Shown: positions 11,662 to 24,577 of the stretch, piece by piece | Layout: each line of letters begins with the position of its first letter | Position numbering within the stretch: position 1 is the stretch's first letter | Source: Podarcis pityusensis | Taxonomy: Eukaryota | Assembly: GCA_964106645.2 (NCBI GenBank) | Contig: OZ067043.1 | Length of the DNA: 64,000 nt | Strand: one strand, 5' to 3' | The notes under the pieces: model-generated | Databases searched by the model: none | Told to the model about the DNA's origin: nothing | Seen by the model: only the letters and a program-made list of their open reading frames with translations | Translations under genes and position numbers: made by a program

Positions 11662-13897
11662 ACAAATCAGTCCCACTGCCATACATCACAATTAGCAAAG
11701 GAGTGTCTACATTGTAAACCAAACTGCCTGTTACCAAGAATCGACCTGCCCTCTTCAGGTGCAAGCATAGCGGAAATTCCTGCTGCTAGACATTCATACT
11801 GATCATGCAAAAGGAGACAATGTAGGAGTGAGGTATCACCCAACTCATTTTAGTTTCACGAGTGTAGAAGTTATTTTAAAAAGTGAGGTACCCTCAGATA
11901 TCTGGTCTGCAAGTACAGCACAACTCTTAAACTGCTCTAGAATTTCTTTTAATGGGGGGTGGGGCAGAATTGTTATGTACCTCAGAAATCAAATAAGATT
12001 TTCATCTCAAGCTAAGAAAGTCAAAAAGGCCAGATCCTATGAGCCAACAATGGCATGTACAAAATAAAAAGATTGCAAGAGTTTGATTTTAATAATGTGA
12101 TTTCCCATTCAAGAGCTAAGGAGCAGTTCCTTCAGCCACCTTAACATTTATAGTGTTTTCTCCTGGACACCAAAGATAAAAAGAAGTCTACAGAAGACAT
12201 ACATCTTTTTGAAAAGGGAAACATTTGGAGCACTGGGGGGGAAAGCATTGATGATGCCACTTCAGCATAGGTTGGTGCTAGAACAGCAACAGCATTTTCA
12301 TTGAAGATCTCAAAACGCATTCAGTGCCAGGAATATAGGGCACTTTTCTCAGTGTGCTGCAAAACCCCACAGAGAGGCAAGAGTCTCAAATATTGTACTA
12401 GTATTCAAATTGCTCGGAGCCCAGGAATAACTAAAATTCATAGGAAAAGTCCAGACCAGAATGGCTTTGGTTACCTTCTTATAAAGAATACCTAAGCAGG
12501 AGATACTGTCATAGATATTGCTATGTCCATGTAAACTCTGAGAAAGGAAGCACCTGATCACTGGAAGAAGCAAGTTGGAAGCTTTCACTCATTTTGTCAC
12601 CATGTTCTAAGGCTATCCTCTCTATAGCAAAACAGTTCAGTGTGCATTCTCTCACAACAGTTATAAGTACCTCAGTATTTATAACCATCACCAGCATACC
12701 ATTCACATATGAATATAAAGGAATGTTAATATTTCCAAAATTCATCCACCAATTATTTCCAAAGCCAGGCCTTTGGGATGATGATTTGGTTTTTTCTCGA
12801 TACCTTTTCATCTGGAATAAGACTAAATTACATTTTAAAGATACAGAAGTCGAAACAAGCCATTAACAAAATAGCAGGGTACCACAAGCTAACACAGACT
12901 TATTTGCACTTCCTCAGATAGGCTATAGAAAGATGTATATGTCACAGCCATAGCCAAAACCAGTGTTCGAGACTGTGATACTCTATGTGAAGCATACAGT
13001 CATTCTTGGGTGGAGTAGAACAAGAAACAACTGTTTCAGCATAATGCCCAAAATCTCTCCACATCTTTTTCATATTGTGAAACTGATATACTAAGTATAC
13101 TTAAATTATGAACTAGTATAAAAAGTGCTAATCAGTGAATTAACTACTTAAAAATCCCAAATCATCAGGGCACAACCACATTTTCAAAAATATGGTACAG
13201 GAATGAGATGCATGGAGCTACAGTCAAGTTATTCAATGTATATAAATGTGTGACAAAATTGTACTTAACCAGAAAAGAAATACTGCAATAATAAGAGTTC
13301 TTTGCAGTAAAAGCACACTTGTACCAGGCATCAGTTCAGCAATGGTCATGAAGGGTTAAATATTGATAATTTTTATTAAAAACGCCCTGTTTCCCACCTG
13401 TTTCACTGCAGCTGTGAAGCGTGTACAGTACCTTCACAGTTGCCAGTACCTTCAAAGTTTAATATTGCAGTGACTTCAGAATCTTTGTCTACTACTTAGC
13501 AAGTGTATAATGCTTAATATTCTAGCATCCACTCAGCCTATGCTGTAAGACAGGCACATTCACATTTTCTTTTAACAGTTAAGATTCTCCACTTTCATCA
13601 ACACAACATGTTATGCTGAAATTGTGGATTTCACAATATTGCTGCATGTACACCACTGTTTTAAATCAGAGCATCAGTCTCTTAACCTCAGATGTTTCAT
13701 TCTCTTGCTAAAAACACATACTGCTTTTTGTCAGCTTGTAGCTGGAATCTCTTTTCACTCAACTCTGGAAGTCCTTAACGAGCAGCCAAGGACATATCCC
13801 AGAGCCGGGTGTTGATCTTCATACATCACGGTTTCTCTGCTTCTTAGTGCTCTGCCCCTTTACTACATTTCCATGGAAGAACGCGGATGTCTGCTGT

Positions 13898-13901
13898 TCA
13901 G
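13898..13901 (-). CDS. ANKS1A: ANKS1A alternative terminal exon, coding part 'C TGA' (isoform ending ...LSTN*)
   Basis: Pyrimidine tract ccccattctgtttgccttctgccaAG|CTGA; joins the phase-2 donor AA|GTATGA at 15721 to give AAC TGA. Confidence 0.65.
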
Positions 13902-15698
13902 CTTGGCAGAAGGCAAACAGAATGGGGACAATATTAATGGAAAGAAATATAGGGAACGAGCTATTCATTCATGTAAAACTACTGAGGGAAGCCTTCAGTT
14001 ACAGTGATGGAGAAGTTAATGGCCACAGCTTTGTGTGTTTTATAGCCATATGGTGGATGCCCTCTGTTCATAACCAACTGCTCTGAAGCTTCTTGGATAG
14101 TTTACCATTAAAAGGCACATGTACTATGTTATCTGGTTTTCAGGAGAGAGAAAAATCACCAATAACTCCTGCAGCTCTTACTGACAGAGATTAAAACTAT
14201 TCATATTAGGGAAATAATTGTTTGCTTTTTGAGAATAAAAGCAAAGCACAGATATATTTATTAACACTCAAATGTGCAGTAGTCTAAAGAGACTAAATTC
14301 TTCAACTGCTATAATTGTACCTAGTTACAACTTGGTATAATTTCCTGGACATAATTCCAGGGACAGTGGGCAGATACCTGGCCCTACCTCACCTATCATC
14401 AACAACTGTCTCACTGCTGACCCTATTCTCTGAACAGAGAGATAAAAAATTGCTTGAGATCTTTGTCCAATATAGTGACTTCTCTACTCTAACAATATCA
14501 GAAATAATCTCTGTAGGCCTTAACCTTATTATCAAAAGCTGGTCCTAATTCAACATTTCTTTGCAATCATTGTTTAATGAGCTACGTAAAGTTTGCCATT
14601 TGAAGAATGTAATAAGGCAAATACAACAGACTGCTCACCTGCTTGAAGACAAATAAATGGCAAATATTTTGATAGTGTCAGTGTGCCTGGAATGCTACAT
14701 TTAGCAATTTTTAAAGGGATGCTATTTGCATGAAATTTTGACCCCTTTTCTTCTAAAGGGGAACTGTGTTCTGTTACAGCAAAAGCACACCCTTGATTGT
14801 CAGTCTTTGTGTACAATTTAGTGACATGTGCCTTTGAAAGTTTCAATTTTAACAAGAGTTTAGGGGGGGAATCAATTCAAAATTATTATTTATAAGCAGA
14901 TTGGTTAACCTGAACAGAAAGTGATAATTCCAGGAAACGATTAAAAAAAAAAGGCATCGTGTTTAACGGACAGCTGAAAACATCCCTTTTTGGCATTTTC
15001 TTAAATATACCAAGCCTAACTCCTAGGAAAAAGGAAAAGCGCTTAATTAGAGCAGACGCACTGCCAAGTAGAACTTTATATTATACCATGCATTCAGATA
15101 TCCAAGGACAGCAAAGATTGTGAGCAGCATCCATGCTAGGAAATCTGGTGAGCAAGAGATTTGCAAGCAGTATCACAGTGGTTAGTGTCTTCTGAGACGA
15201 TAAGTAGAAGAGTGCTACTTGTTGGAAACAGTTTTGTGGCCATGACTCAGTATGGAGGTATAAATCTAAATTGAGACAGCATGTACACATGAGACCAAAG
15301 TTGTAGAACAGTCCAAGGTTTAGAATGATAAATAGAAAAGGCCTATGGAGTGTTACTTCACCCCACAAATTCACAGTGTCAAAATGAAGAGAAAGTCAAG
15401 AAACACTGGGTGTTTTCTGAAATCCACATATTTGACTCCTACAGGCTTCATTTCTCCCACCTCACAGACATCTAAAACAGGTAGCTCTCTCAGTGAGTTA
15501 CACTTGTTTCCATTAGGAGTATTCACAGCGTTCAGAAGAGATCAGATACAAAATGCTGTTTAGTCTATGGTATCCTAGTGCTGTTGCCTCTGATGGTGCC
15601 ACACCTAGTGTCAGCAATGGAAGGAAGGAGGGATTTAGAACAGCAGACAGATCAGACTGCAAAGGCACGGTTAGACGGGATGGATGCAGGATTTGTTT

Positions 15699-15818
15699 TC
15701 AGAAGATAGTAGTCTCATACTTAGTGCTGAGGGTCCTCTTGGAATCCTGCTTGGGCTCTACAACCCAGGACACACTAGCATGGGACTGGGAGTCTTGGTC
15801 CACTTCAGATGGCTCGAG
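15699..15818 (-). CDS. ANKS1A: ANKS1A terminal coding exon ([39 protein letters not shown])
   Basis: ttttctAG acceptor; 39 codons + TGA; ANKS1-family C-terminus. Confidence 0.93.
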   Translation of the reverse strand, partial: LEPSEVDQDSQSHASVSWVVEPKQDSKRTLSTKYETTIF

Positions 15819-16029
15819 CTAGAAAACATTAGAAGGAGAGAGCATATCAGCCAAGCTGCTCATTATGAGAATGTGAAGGCAAACCTGTACAAAGACAGCT
15901 TTGGGAGGGAGCCGCCTAGGTCAGATTTTTTAAAAAGTATTTAAAGCAGAGGATGTGCACACGTACAGGTATTTACCACCTAAAATGTTACCATAAAGAC
16001 TTGGACCAGTTTTTCAGATGAAAGAAATG

Positions 16030-16286
16030 CCGTATTTTTGCTCTATAAGACTCACTTTTCCCTCCTAAAAAGTAAGGGGAAATGTGTGTGCGTCTTATGG
16101 AGCGAATGCAGGCTGCACAGCTATCACAGAAGCCAGAACAGCAAGAGGGATTGCTGCTTTCACTGTGCAGCCATCCCTCTTGCTGTTCTGGCTTCTGAGA
16201 TTCAGAATATTTTTTTTCTTGTTTTCCTCCTCCAAAAACTAGGTGTGTCTTGTGGTCTGGTGCATCTTATAGAGCGAAAAATACGG
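16030..16286. mobile_element. Tc1/mariner-superfamily (Tc2/pogo-like) MITE
   Basis: TIR ccgtatttttgctctataaga / tcttatagagcgaaaaatacgg followed by TA. Confidence 0.85.
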
Positions 16287-16762
16287 TAGATACAGCTCAT
16301 TTTGGAAAAAGAACAAATTAAATTTTGTTTAAGCCCAAATCAATTATCAATTCAAGGTAGCAGTTTGTTGAAATTCACTAGAAACAGAATGCTTATTTGG
16401 AGTTTAAAGTGTTATATTCAGCTATCTAAGGTTAGGTTTTTATGATCTGATATATTCTCTTAAACAACAGAACTCTTCTCCTTGAATGTTAAATTGATTT
16501 TAATATGGTAAAACTCGGCAAATGTTGCACTGAAGAAACATTTTATGCTGGTGAAAAGTGTTACAAGCTTGTCCTTGAAACGCCTCTTGTGTAATGTATA
16601 GGAAAGCTTGAATGAATTAACCTAGCAAGGTCAAGACAGAAGGGAACATAGACAGAGCAGCAAAACTAAGGGGAAAGAATGAGGGAATCACTGAATGTGA
16701 GTTGGTTTGATAACAGAAAACGTTTGTAACGAGAGACATGTGACTGCAAGAATGGTAAAGAC

Positions 16763-16861
16763 CTTAGCTCCTTGACTAACAGATTGCAGCGGCAGATAGG
16801 AGGGACGGTGTGTAGTACAGGTGTGACAGTAACAACAGCGACTATCGGGAGGGAGCGGCAC
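16763..16861 (-). CDS. ANKS1A: ANKS1A cassette exon (VPLPPDSRCCYCHTCTTHRPSYLPLQSVSQGAK)
   Basis: Long pyrimidine tract ...gttcctcAG, AAG|GT donor, 99 nt, phase 0/0, no stops. Confidence 0.75.
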
Positions 16862-17917
16862 CTGAGGAACGGGAGCAAGCAAAACACAGACAAAAGGTAA
16901 CATTAAAGGAGAGCAACAAGTATAGAGAGCACATGGGCCAGTACTCTGGTATGTTTATTTTCTTGCTAGATTGACAAGGACTCTTTATGGGAACTGCTGA
17001 AAAAAAAGAAACTAAGTACTCAGTAAATGTGTCATTGATTACATGTTTCTGTCAGTCCTACAGAGGAAACTTCAGAAAGAAAGGAAGAAAGCCCGTGTGC
17101 ACAAGGCACCAGCAACTAGTAGTTCTAAAAGCAGTAAATTCATTTTAGGGTGTCAATATAGTCTGTAGGCTGCCCAAGCAACAATTTTGGAGGGAAAACA
17201 ACTTTACAGCACAAATAGTCTTAATAGCAAAAATACTGTCCTGCGTCTTCATGGGTTCTCATTTTATTGCATTTCATCATGCACAGTTTCCAGCCAAGCA
17301 CTGGTTGCATGTAGCATGTTTAACTTAACAGCTTTTGGTCCAATATCTATGTTGTCTAGAACTGTTGAGAAATGCCTCCCTGCAGGCAGACCTTTGTCAT
17401 TCAGTGGTATGTAAGCTAGGACTTTACTACTTCAATCAGACACATGAATCCACCTCATGAGATGGTAGTGTGAAAGAGAATCCTTTTCTGCGAAAGTATT
17501 TCCCATCCATTACCCATCTTTTTTTTCTTCTTTTTTTTACTTTCAAACTATCAGCATTGTCAAGACAAAACACAGGATTACCACACAGGAGGAATGCAAG
17601 TTAACTCAGGAAAAAATATGAGCAAACACTCTGATTTACTTCAATGAGCAGTTCTGGTATTTGGCCCTTGTCAAAATAGTGAATAGTGAAAGGTAAATCT
17701 TTGTATTAGTATACTTTTAAGCCTTTCCAGTAACTTGCAATTCTTTCTATTGTCTCATTGTTACTTGCTCGGCTAATTAGCTCTTAACTATCTTACTTAC
17801 CTGAAAAGGCTCAATGCAGTATTTTTTACAGTATTTTTTAAATCAGCTGTGGTGAGGCATCGTGTCAAAAACTAGCATAACTACAGGAAAGAACCAAAGT
17901 TCTTTTAACATACGTAC

Positions 17918-18088
17918 TGCTGATTTCCTCATGCTGGCTCGAGGTTTAGGCACCGGTTTTGAAGATTTTGTTTCTATCATTTCAGCTGTCAAAGCACCTG
18001 GAGGTTTTGATTTTTGGGCTTGGAGGGCCAGCTGGTAGGCTACTTCAAATGCTTGTCCCAATGTCAGAATGATTTCATATGTTAGATT
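17918..18088 (-). CDS. ANKS1A: ANKS1A exon, PTB C-terminal helix
   Basis: [26 protein letters not shown]...[17 protein letters not shown]; AG/GT. Confidence 0.95.
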
Positions 18089-19609
18089 CTTGAGAAAAGA
18101 AACACAAAGTATAACTTACTTCAGAAAGTAATGCCAAGAGTTATGATGCTAGTCTCTTTCTACAAACAAAATGAGTGCTGAGTGCTGTCTGGTATCTTGA
18201 AGACCATTTTATATCACAATCCTGTGTGTAAAAAGTAGGGAATAAGCCCCATTTTGTATAATGAGGTAGTGATGGCCATTGGGACAGGTAGGGCAGAAGG
18301 CTGGAGGCAAACAGTAGGTGGAGCTAGAGCAAATGACAGTCTAGAGTTGGCTAATTCTAGCTTTGCCCTCATCCTCCTCTCCACCACATGGACTAAAGAG
18401 GGGGAAGCTGTGAGCTCCCAACTTCATTTATTTCATATACTTATATACAGCTTCATATGAAAAATGTATCTAAATGGTTTACAAAAATATTATACAAGAT
18501 ATATCCACACAACAACAACACCAGGTAAAACAATAAAATCTCCCTAAAGCAAAATGTAACAGCACACTTTGAAAATATCTCAAGAGTCAGTAGACATGAC
18601 TCAATAGCCTTGCCACCAAGTACCTGTAAGGTGGATGGAGGATCAGAGATCTACGGTCATCTGGACCCCACCCCACCCTTCTTTGGAGAGCAAAGCCACT
18701 GTGGAAATACAAAGTTTGTCTGAGCAAACAGCTTCTGAGGGGTACCTTTTAAAGTTATCCCTTTGTTCTGTGTGACTTTGGGCTGGCTGACACCAGTCAC
18801 AGGAAAGAAATGATTCTGCCATAAGAAGCAATTCTGCCCAGTCAAGACAGGCTACTTCCCTAAGCTTTGTGAGGCCAGTACTGGTATTGCACAACTGCCT
18901 TGCTCTCAGAACTTAGGAGCTCCTCTGGATTAACAACTGTGGATTGACCTGGCAATTGAAGAGTTTCTGGCAGGCTTAAAACCCAGCACTTTTTGCACAA
19001 CTGTCTGGCAGTTCCAGAACAAAAATACTGGTGAGGGCACAGAAAGGGCAAAGTACATTTGGGGGTAGTGAATTTGAAAAGTATTTCCACTGTGTAACCA
19101 AAAGTAATCAAGTAATGAATGGGAGGTGAGCAATTTGTATGGGAAGACACTCTATTCCCCCACCCCACTATGTTGCCTATGGCTGCAGTTAATGTCCAGG
19201 GTTGTGACAAAAAGCAGAAACATACTTCAGAATTCTGTGCAACATACCTAGCTCTGCCATGAAAATCTTTTTTATCATGCAAGTTCTAAAATCCAAATAT
19301 AAAACATTTGATACACCTCCAGTATTTACTTCTCACTTCCTACACATTATACCCTATATTTTGTAGAGAAAGCACTGGATTTTTAAATGTGTTAGAGTAC
19401 CGGGACTGCTAGCCATTTCACATTCAGGGCAAAGAAACTCTGGAGGAAAAGCCAGCATATGTTGCTTAAATCCTTGCACCCCATGTTTGCGTATATGAAT
19501 TACCAGCATTCCAAAAGCTTTTTGCTGCAAACCAACTACCTACAGATTATTTTTAGCAAGGCAAAATGCAAAGCAAAGAATCAAGCCATTTATATTCTAC
19601 ATGACTTAC

Positions 19610-19747
19610 TACATCAATGGTACTGAAGACATGGCAGTAGTGGTGGCTAGTTTGCAAGTCCTTTGTGATATAGGCAAATGTACAGAGATCCTCCGGGTCC
19701 TGTGCAGCACATGAGATGTTCCGGATTTCGTGCTCAGCAATAACATT
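19610..19747 (-). CDS. ANKS1A: ANKS1A exon, PTB domain
   Basis: [46 protein letters not shown]; AG/GTaagt. Confidence 0.96.
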
Positions 19748-20076
19748 CTGCCAAACGGAAACAAACAGCTTTTTTTGCTCAGTAACTGAGATTATCTTAC
19801 GAAAACACTATTCACAATAAAATAACTTTTTTTAAAATTTATTTACAACTAAATAACAACTAAGATTTTGGGTTAGAATACCCTGGGTGGTATTCAACTA
19901 ACTTTTACTCAGAGCAGATCCATTAAAATTAGTGTCTATGACTAACTTCAGTCCATTGTTTTCAATACGTCTACTCTGAGACATTCTTTCAGCAACAAAA
20001 GCAGCGTCCAAATACAGACAAGCACTATCTGAAAAACTGATACAAGGGAAAAATCAATCTCTACCTAACTTCTCTA

Positions 20077-20442
20077 CAGTGGTGCCCCGCAAGACGAATG
20101 CCTCGCAAGACGGAAAACCCGCTAGACGAAAGGGTTTTCCGTTTTTGAGTTGCTTCGCAGGACGAATTTCCCTATGGGCTTGCTTCGCAAGACGAAAATG
20201 TCTTGCAAGTCTTGAGATTTTTTTTTTGCTTTTCCCCCCCTTTATCTAATCTGCTAAGCGTTTAATAGCCTTTAATAGCCTTTTAGCAGCTAATCCGCTA
20301 AGCCTTTAAGCCTTTAATAGCCGCTAAACCGCTAATAGCGCTAATCCGTTAAGCCGCTAATAGGGTTGCTTCGCAAGACGAAAAAACCGCTAGACGAAGA
20401 CTCTCGCGGAACGGATTAATTTCGTCTTGCGAGGCACCACTG
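20077..20442. mobile_element. Tc1/mariner (Tigger-like) MITE
   Basis: TA|cagtggtgccccgcaagacgaa ... ttcgtcttgcgaggcaccactg|TA. Confidence 0.9.
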
Positions 20443-20592
20443 TAGTGGCAATTCTTACAGGATTTACCATGACATTTTGATGTATTTACTGATAAGGAAT
20501 GGGTAGTTGCATAACAGATTAATTTCCATGATGTACTGTCACTTGACATTCAAGATTTTAAGTATTAACTACAAGCTTAAGATCGTTCTCAC

Positions 20593-20679
20593 CTTGTTAG
20601 ATGCATCAATGAATTTCACTCCTTTGTAAGTGATAGATAATATTATAGTTGGGGTCTTCTTCATATGCTCTGTTGATTT
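20593..20679 (-). CDS. ANKS1A: ANKS1A exon, PTB domain
   Basis: [29 protein letters not shown]; AG/GTgag. Confidence 0.95.
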
Positions 20680-21103
20680 CTTTGTAAAAGAAAAAAACTC
20701 ATTAAGAGGCATGATTAAAACATTTCTCAGGATGGAGTATACAGGCAAGTTGTTTTTTTAATCCGCATCAGGTTTTGGAAGAACTATGCTAGGTTTTTAA
20801 AGATACATTTTCAAGGCAATGAAAATTCAGTGAAGTATATATATAATATATACACAACAAGGTATAATCAGACTTTACACACCCTAGCAGTAAATACTGC
20901 ATACCAGCTGAAAACATATTTGCCAAACAAGTTGACTAAAACAAGGTAACAGATAATTGTAGGGCAATTACGAAATTTCGAAGTTTTGTGGTTTGGCTAT
21001 TATATCTTGTGCTTGCAGCAGCCTCCAAATCTTGAGCTACACAACACATTTTACTTTTCAAGACTGGTATCAGAAGTTTTGATTTTACACAGTGCACACC
21101 TAC

Positions 21104-21175
21104 CCTCATCTTTGCACAGGCATCCTGTGTAGATTCTGTCCCTCGAAGATCTTTGATTAACATGGAACCTAGATA
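21104..21175 (-). CDS. ANKS1A: ANKS1A exon, PTB domain
   Basis: [24 protein letters not shown]; AG/GTagg. Confidence 0.95.
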
Positions 21176-21354
21176 CTGTTTGAAACAGGGGAACAGTAGC
21201 AGCAACTATTAACACTAATATTTGTACCCCAAAAGATGAGAAGATATTCTTGCTTCCAAAAGGAACCAGGCAATCTTATAAACTTCTGCCTGGATAAGGC
21301 CAAACTGTACTAAGTAAAAGCTATTATGTAAGTGGCAGGACCATGCTTTCCAGC

Positions 21355-21487
21355 AAAGATGGGAAATATGTTGCCTTCAAATCTTGTTGAATTGCAGTTC
21401 CCAGTAGCCACAGTCAGCATAGCCAACGGTCAGGGATGATGGAGATTGAAGTCCTACATCTGGAAGATCTCAGGTTCCTCATCCATG
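21355..21487. mobile_element. Degenerate palindromic hAT MITE (family of 58953-59088)
   Basis: ...cagttcccag...ggtcagggatgatgg...acatctggaag...caggttcc. Confidence 0.6.
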
Positions 21488-21524
21488 CTTTACAGGAAGA
21501 ACCAAGATTATGCACCAGATGAAT

Positions 21525-21852
21525 TAGAATCATAAAATTGTAGAGTTGGAAGGAATCTCAAGGGTTATCTAGACCAATGCAGAAATCACAGCTTAAAAAT
21601 CCCCCAACAGATGGCCATCCAACCTGTTTAAACCTCCAATGAAGGAGAGTCCACCACCTCCTGAGGTAGTCTGTCCTACTGTTGAACAGCTATTACCATC
21701 AAAAACTTCTTCCTAGTGTTTAGTGGGAATCTTCTTTCTTGTAATCTGAATCCATTGGCTTGAGTCCTCCTATCTGGAGCACCAGAAAACAAGCTTGCTC
21801 TGTCTTCCATGTGACAGCTCTTTAGATATTTGAAGATGGCTATTATATCAAC
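21525..21852 (-). mobile_element. CR1 LINE 3' fragment
   Basis: tagaatcat...tagagttggaagg...gatggccatccaacc...ggagagtccaccacc, reverse complement of a CR1 3' end. Confidence 0.8.
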
Positions 21853-21882
21853 CTCAATTTAATTAATCTAGAATATACTTAC

Positions 21883-22008
21883 ATTGGCTTCATACCCACA
21901 GGATTCAAATATAAGCTTCTCTGGTTGATGCTGCCAGTGTTGGACAGGGGCATAAGCAGCAGCCAGACTAGGGGGTCTGAGTGTAAGTTTAGATTCACGG
22001 CGTTCCTC
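21883..22008 (-). CDS. ANKS1A: ANKS1A exon, start of PTB
   Basis: [42 protein letters not shown]; AG/GTaagt. Confidence 0.95.
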
Positions 22009-23426
22009 CTGAAAACACAAGTTGCAGTTATAGTCAGAATTTGGTCTGGGATGCCTGCTCTACTGAGCATATTTACCAAGGGCTCTGCCCCTGCTCAAGT
22101 TGCTTGCCAAGCTCGTCTACAACCCTGCCTACCCTTCACCAATTCCCCCACCCCCCAGACCTCACCAACGCCCCCAACCCAACAGACTAAGGTGGAAAAT
22201 CTTTTTGGCTCCCACTCCCTCTGATGGTAGTAGAAAAGAGGGGGAATCTCATGGTCAATGCACTTGTCAATCATAGCTCTCCCACAAGAAGGATGGAAGC
22301 AGAGAAGGGAAACAAAGGCAGCTGGGAGGCCCAAGTGCGACGACAGCCTTAGGGAAATGCATAATAGGATAAATATTTTTATAACCACTTTTCCACATAG
22401 TTCAAAGCCATATATACTTACATAAATAAAAGAAATAACTATCACCTAAAATGCACATATAAGACAAAGCATCCATGGAACATTTATGTTCTCATTTAAA
22501 GGTGTGGAAAAGGAAGGTTTTACTGGCTTTTTAATAAGATAACAATGCTGGTGTCTTCCAGAGTTTGGGGACTAGTGCTGAAACAGTCTCTCTGCTATCT
22601 TAATCAGTTTTATGAAAGCAGCAGACAGCAAGGCCAACTGAACCTCCTCTGGTGAGTGGGCTCACATGGGCTATTAACAAATGTCAAAACAGCATCACAC
22701 AATACCATCCTTGTGACTAGGGCAGTATCTGGCTACCTCTAAAAATGTCTTGAACTAGGCAGGCATGTTTCCACTGTACAATACAAGATATAAAGACAGA
22801 CAAAGCTTGATAAACAACAACAAACTGGTTGCTGTATCTCAGCAATTTTAATAATGTTAATAATGTCAAGACTGGGAACACCCATAACTAGACACCCCTC
22901 CCCATGGCAATTGCACAGTTTCTGAGAGCCTTAAAAACCAGTACTTTTTGCACAACTGTCTGAGCAATGATCAGTGGCAGTTCCAGGAAAAAAATACTGG
23001 TGATCATCAGCAATGCACTAAATCTGCTTCCATATTGGGGGTGGCAGAGGCAGCAGCCATACTTCACTACTGTGGGTCTCCAGTCGGCAAAACTGTGCTA
23101 CAGCTCCCATGAGATTCCCCCTCTCTTCTACTACCATCATAAAGTAACTTTGATTCTTCTTGCTACATTTCACAGTGCTATTTCCCAACTTGTGGAAACC
23201 AAACCAGCTGCAAGGCTTTCATGCCTCCACCCACCAATGTCAGTCATGCCCCTCAGATGTCCTCACCAGAGCAGGTAGCCATCTTAGAGCATAACAATCT
23301 ATTTCTAATTTACCAGAGCCAACCAGCCATTCCCCTCCATGCCCTGCTCAACAACAGCTGTAAGGTTAGAGACTCCTGTTTTACAAGCTAATAGAAGAAT
23401 TTCTAGAAGAAAAAATAATGGAATAC

Positions 23427-23591
23427 CTGTGCCTTGAGTCTCTCTGTTCTGGGGTATGATGCAATGTCATGGCTGCTCTCATGTCTCTTCTTTCCAGCAT
23501 CCCCCAAAGGCAGCAGGAGATCTGCAGATCTCCCTGTACAAGAGTCACTCTGGCTTAGGGGTGAAGACGTCTGGGATATCAAATCCTGGCA
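23427..23591 (-). CDS. ANKS1A: ANKS1A exon, SAM-PTB linker
   Basis: [28 protein letters not shown]...RTERLKAQ; AG/GT, phase 0. Confidence 0.92.
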
Positions 23592-24171
23592 CTGAAATCA
23601 GAGTGTACACATTACAAGAATTAGATTTTCACAGGGTATATTCAGAGCAACTTGCCCACAATAAATAAAAATGCCCCTATCAGGCAAGGCTCAGTCCCCC
23701 CCCCCCCATTTGTTTTAGTATGATCGTTAAGGTCAACATAACCAGTAAAAAGGAAGTCTAGTTCATTTATACCCTGCTTTTCCATGATGAACTGTACTCA
23801 AAAGGGCTCACATTAACTTATTATAAAAGTACATAATATTCTAAATGTTACAAAACATATCGATAAATTCAAATGAGACTTAGTTAGCATCCATTATGAA
23901 GAAAATTGATTTAATTTGGGGCTGTTTACTTTGTAGAGACAGAAGTATAAATGTTGCATTTCTATTCTGTGACTTGAGGTCCACCTGGAACTGTTCTGAA
24001 GCACCTGAGCTCTAAACTTTCAAATGGTTTCCAAAATCCAGAGGCATGTGCTCAATCTCAAACAAAGTTTAATTAAAATGGTGTGTAGAAAGAAAAGCAA
24101 GACCCACTGGGGACAGAAATGCTGTAGCCCACCCCACCCCACCCCATTCTTCCTTAAAAACAATGACTCAC

Positions 24172-24279
24172 TCTTAGCTGAGAGAACCGTGGTGGTTTCT
24201 GTGGGGGCTCCTCATATGGTCTGTCTGCCAGAGAGGCTATTATACGCTTACGATGGCCAATAAGATTTACCTTAAGTAC
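24172..24279 (-). CDS. ANKS1A: ANKS1A exon, end of SAM2
   Basis: [36 protein letters not shown]; AG/GTgagt. Confidence 0.95.
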
Positions 24280-24427
24280 CTGTAGGGAAAGAGAACGTCA
24301 GAAAAACATGCTACAAAAAACTTTCTACATTGTGGCTTCTCAGTATTAACACAGCGCTGCAATCTTTCACCTTGTGAATCACCAGAATTTTCATCTTAAC
24401 TGGAACTGAATAGGCTTAGCAACTTAC

Positions 24428-24577
24428 ATTTACTAGTTCTAGTTCCCAGAGGTTTTTCACAGAGTCTATAGAGCTATAGCCACTCGACAAAAACGATTGA
24501 ATATAATCCTGCAGCCCCAGGGAGTCAAGCCATACAGGAACAGAAGGCTGAGTCCCATCACAGCCCAGAGATTTCAC
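24428..24577 (-). CDS. ANKS1A: ANKS1A exon, SAM2
   Basis: [50 protein letters not shown]; AG/GTaagt. Confidence 0.95.

Noticed and set aside
18860-19282. 140-aa minus-strand ORF
   Set aside because: Intronic, overlaps an unclassified repeat, no recognisable domain or splice support
20077-20442. Short interspaced repeats (cgcaagacgaa) resembling a CRISPR array
   Set aside because: Vertebrate DNA, irregular spacing, bounded by TIRs and TA; it is a MITE
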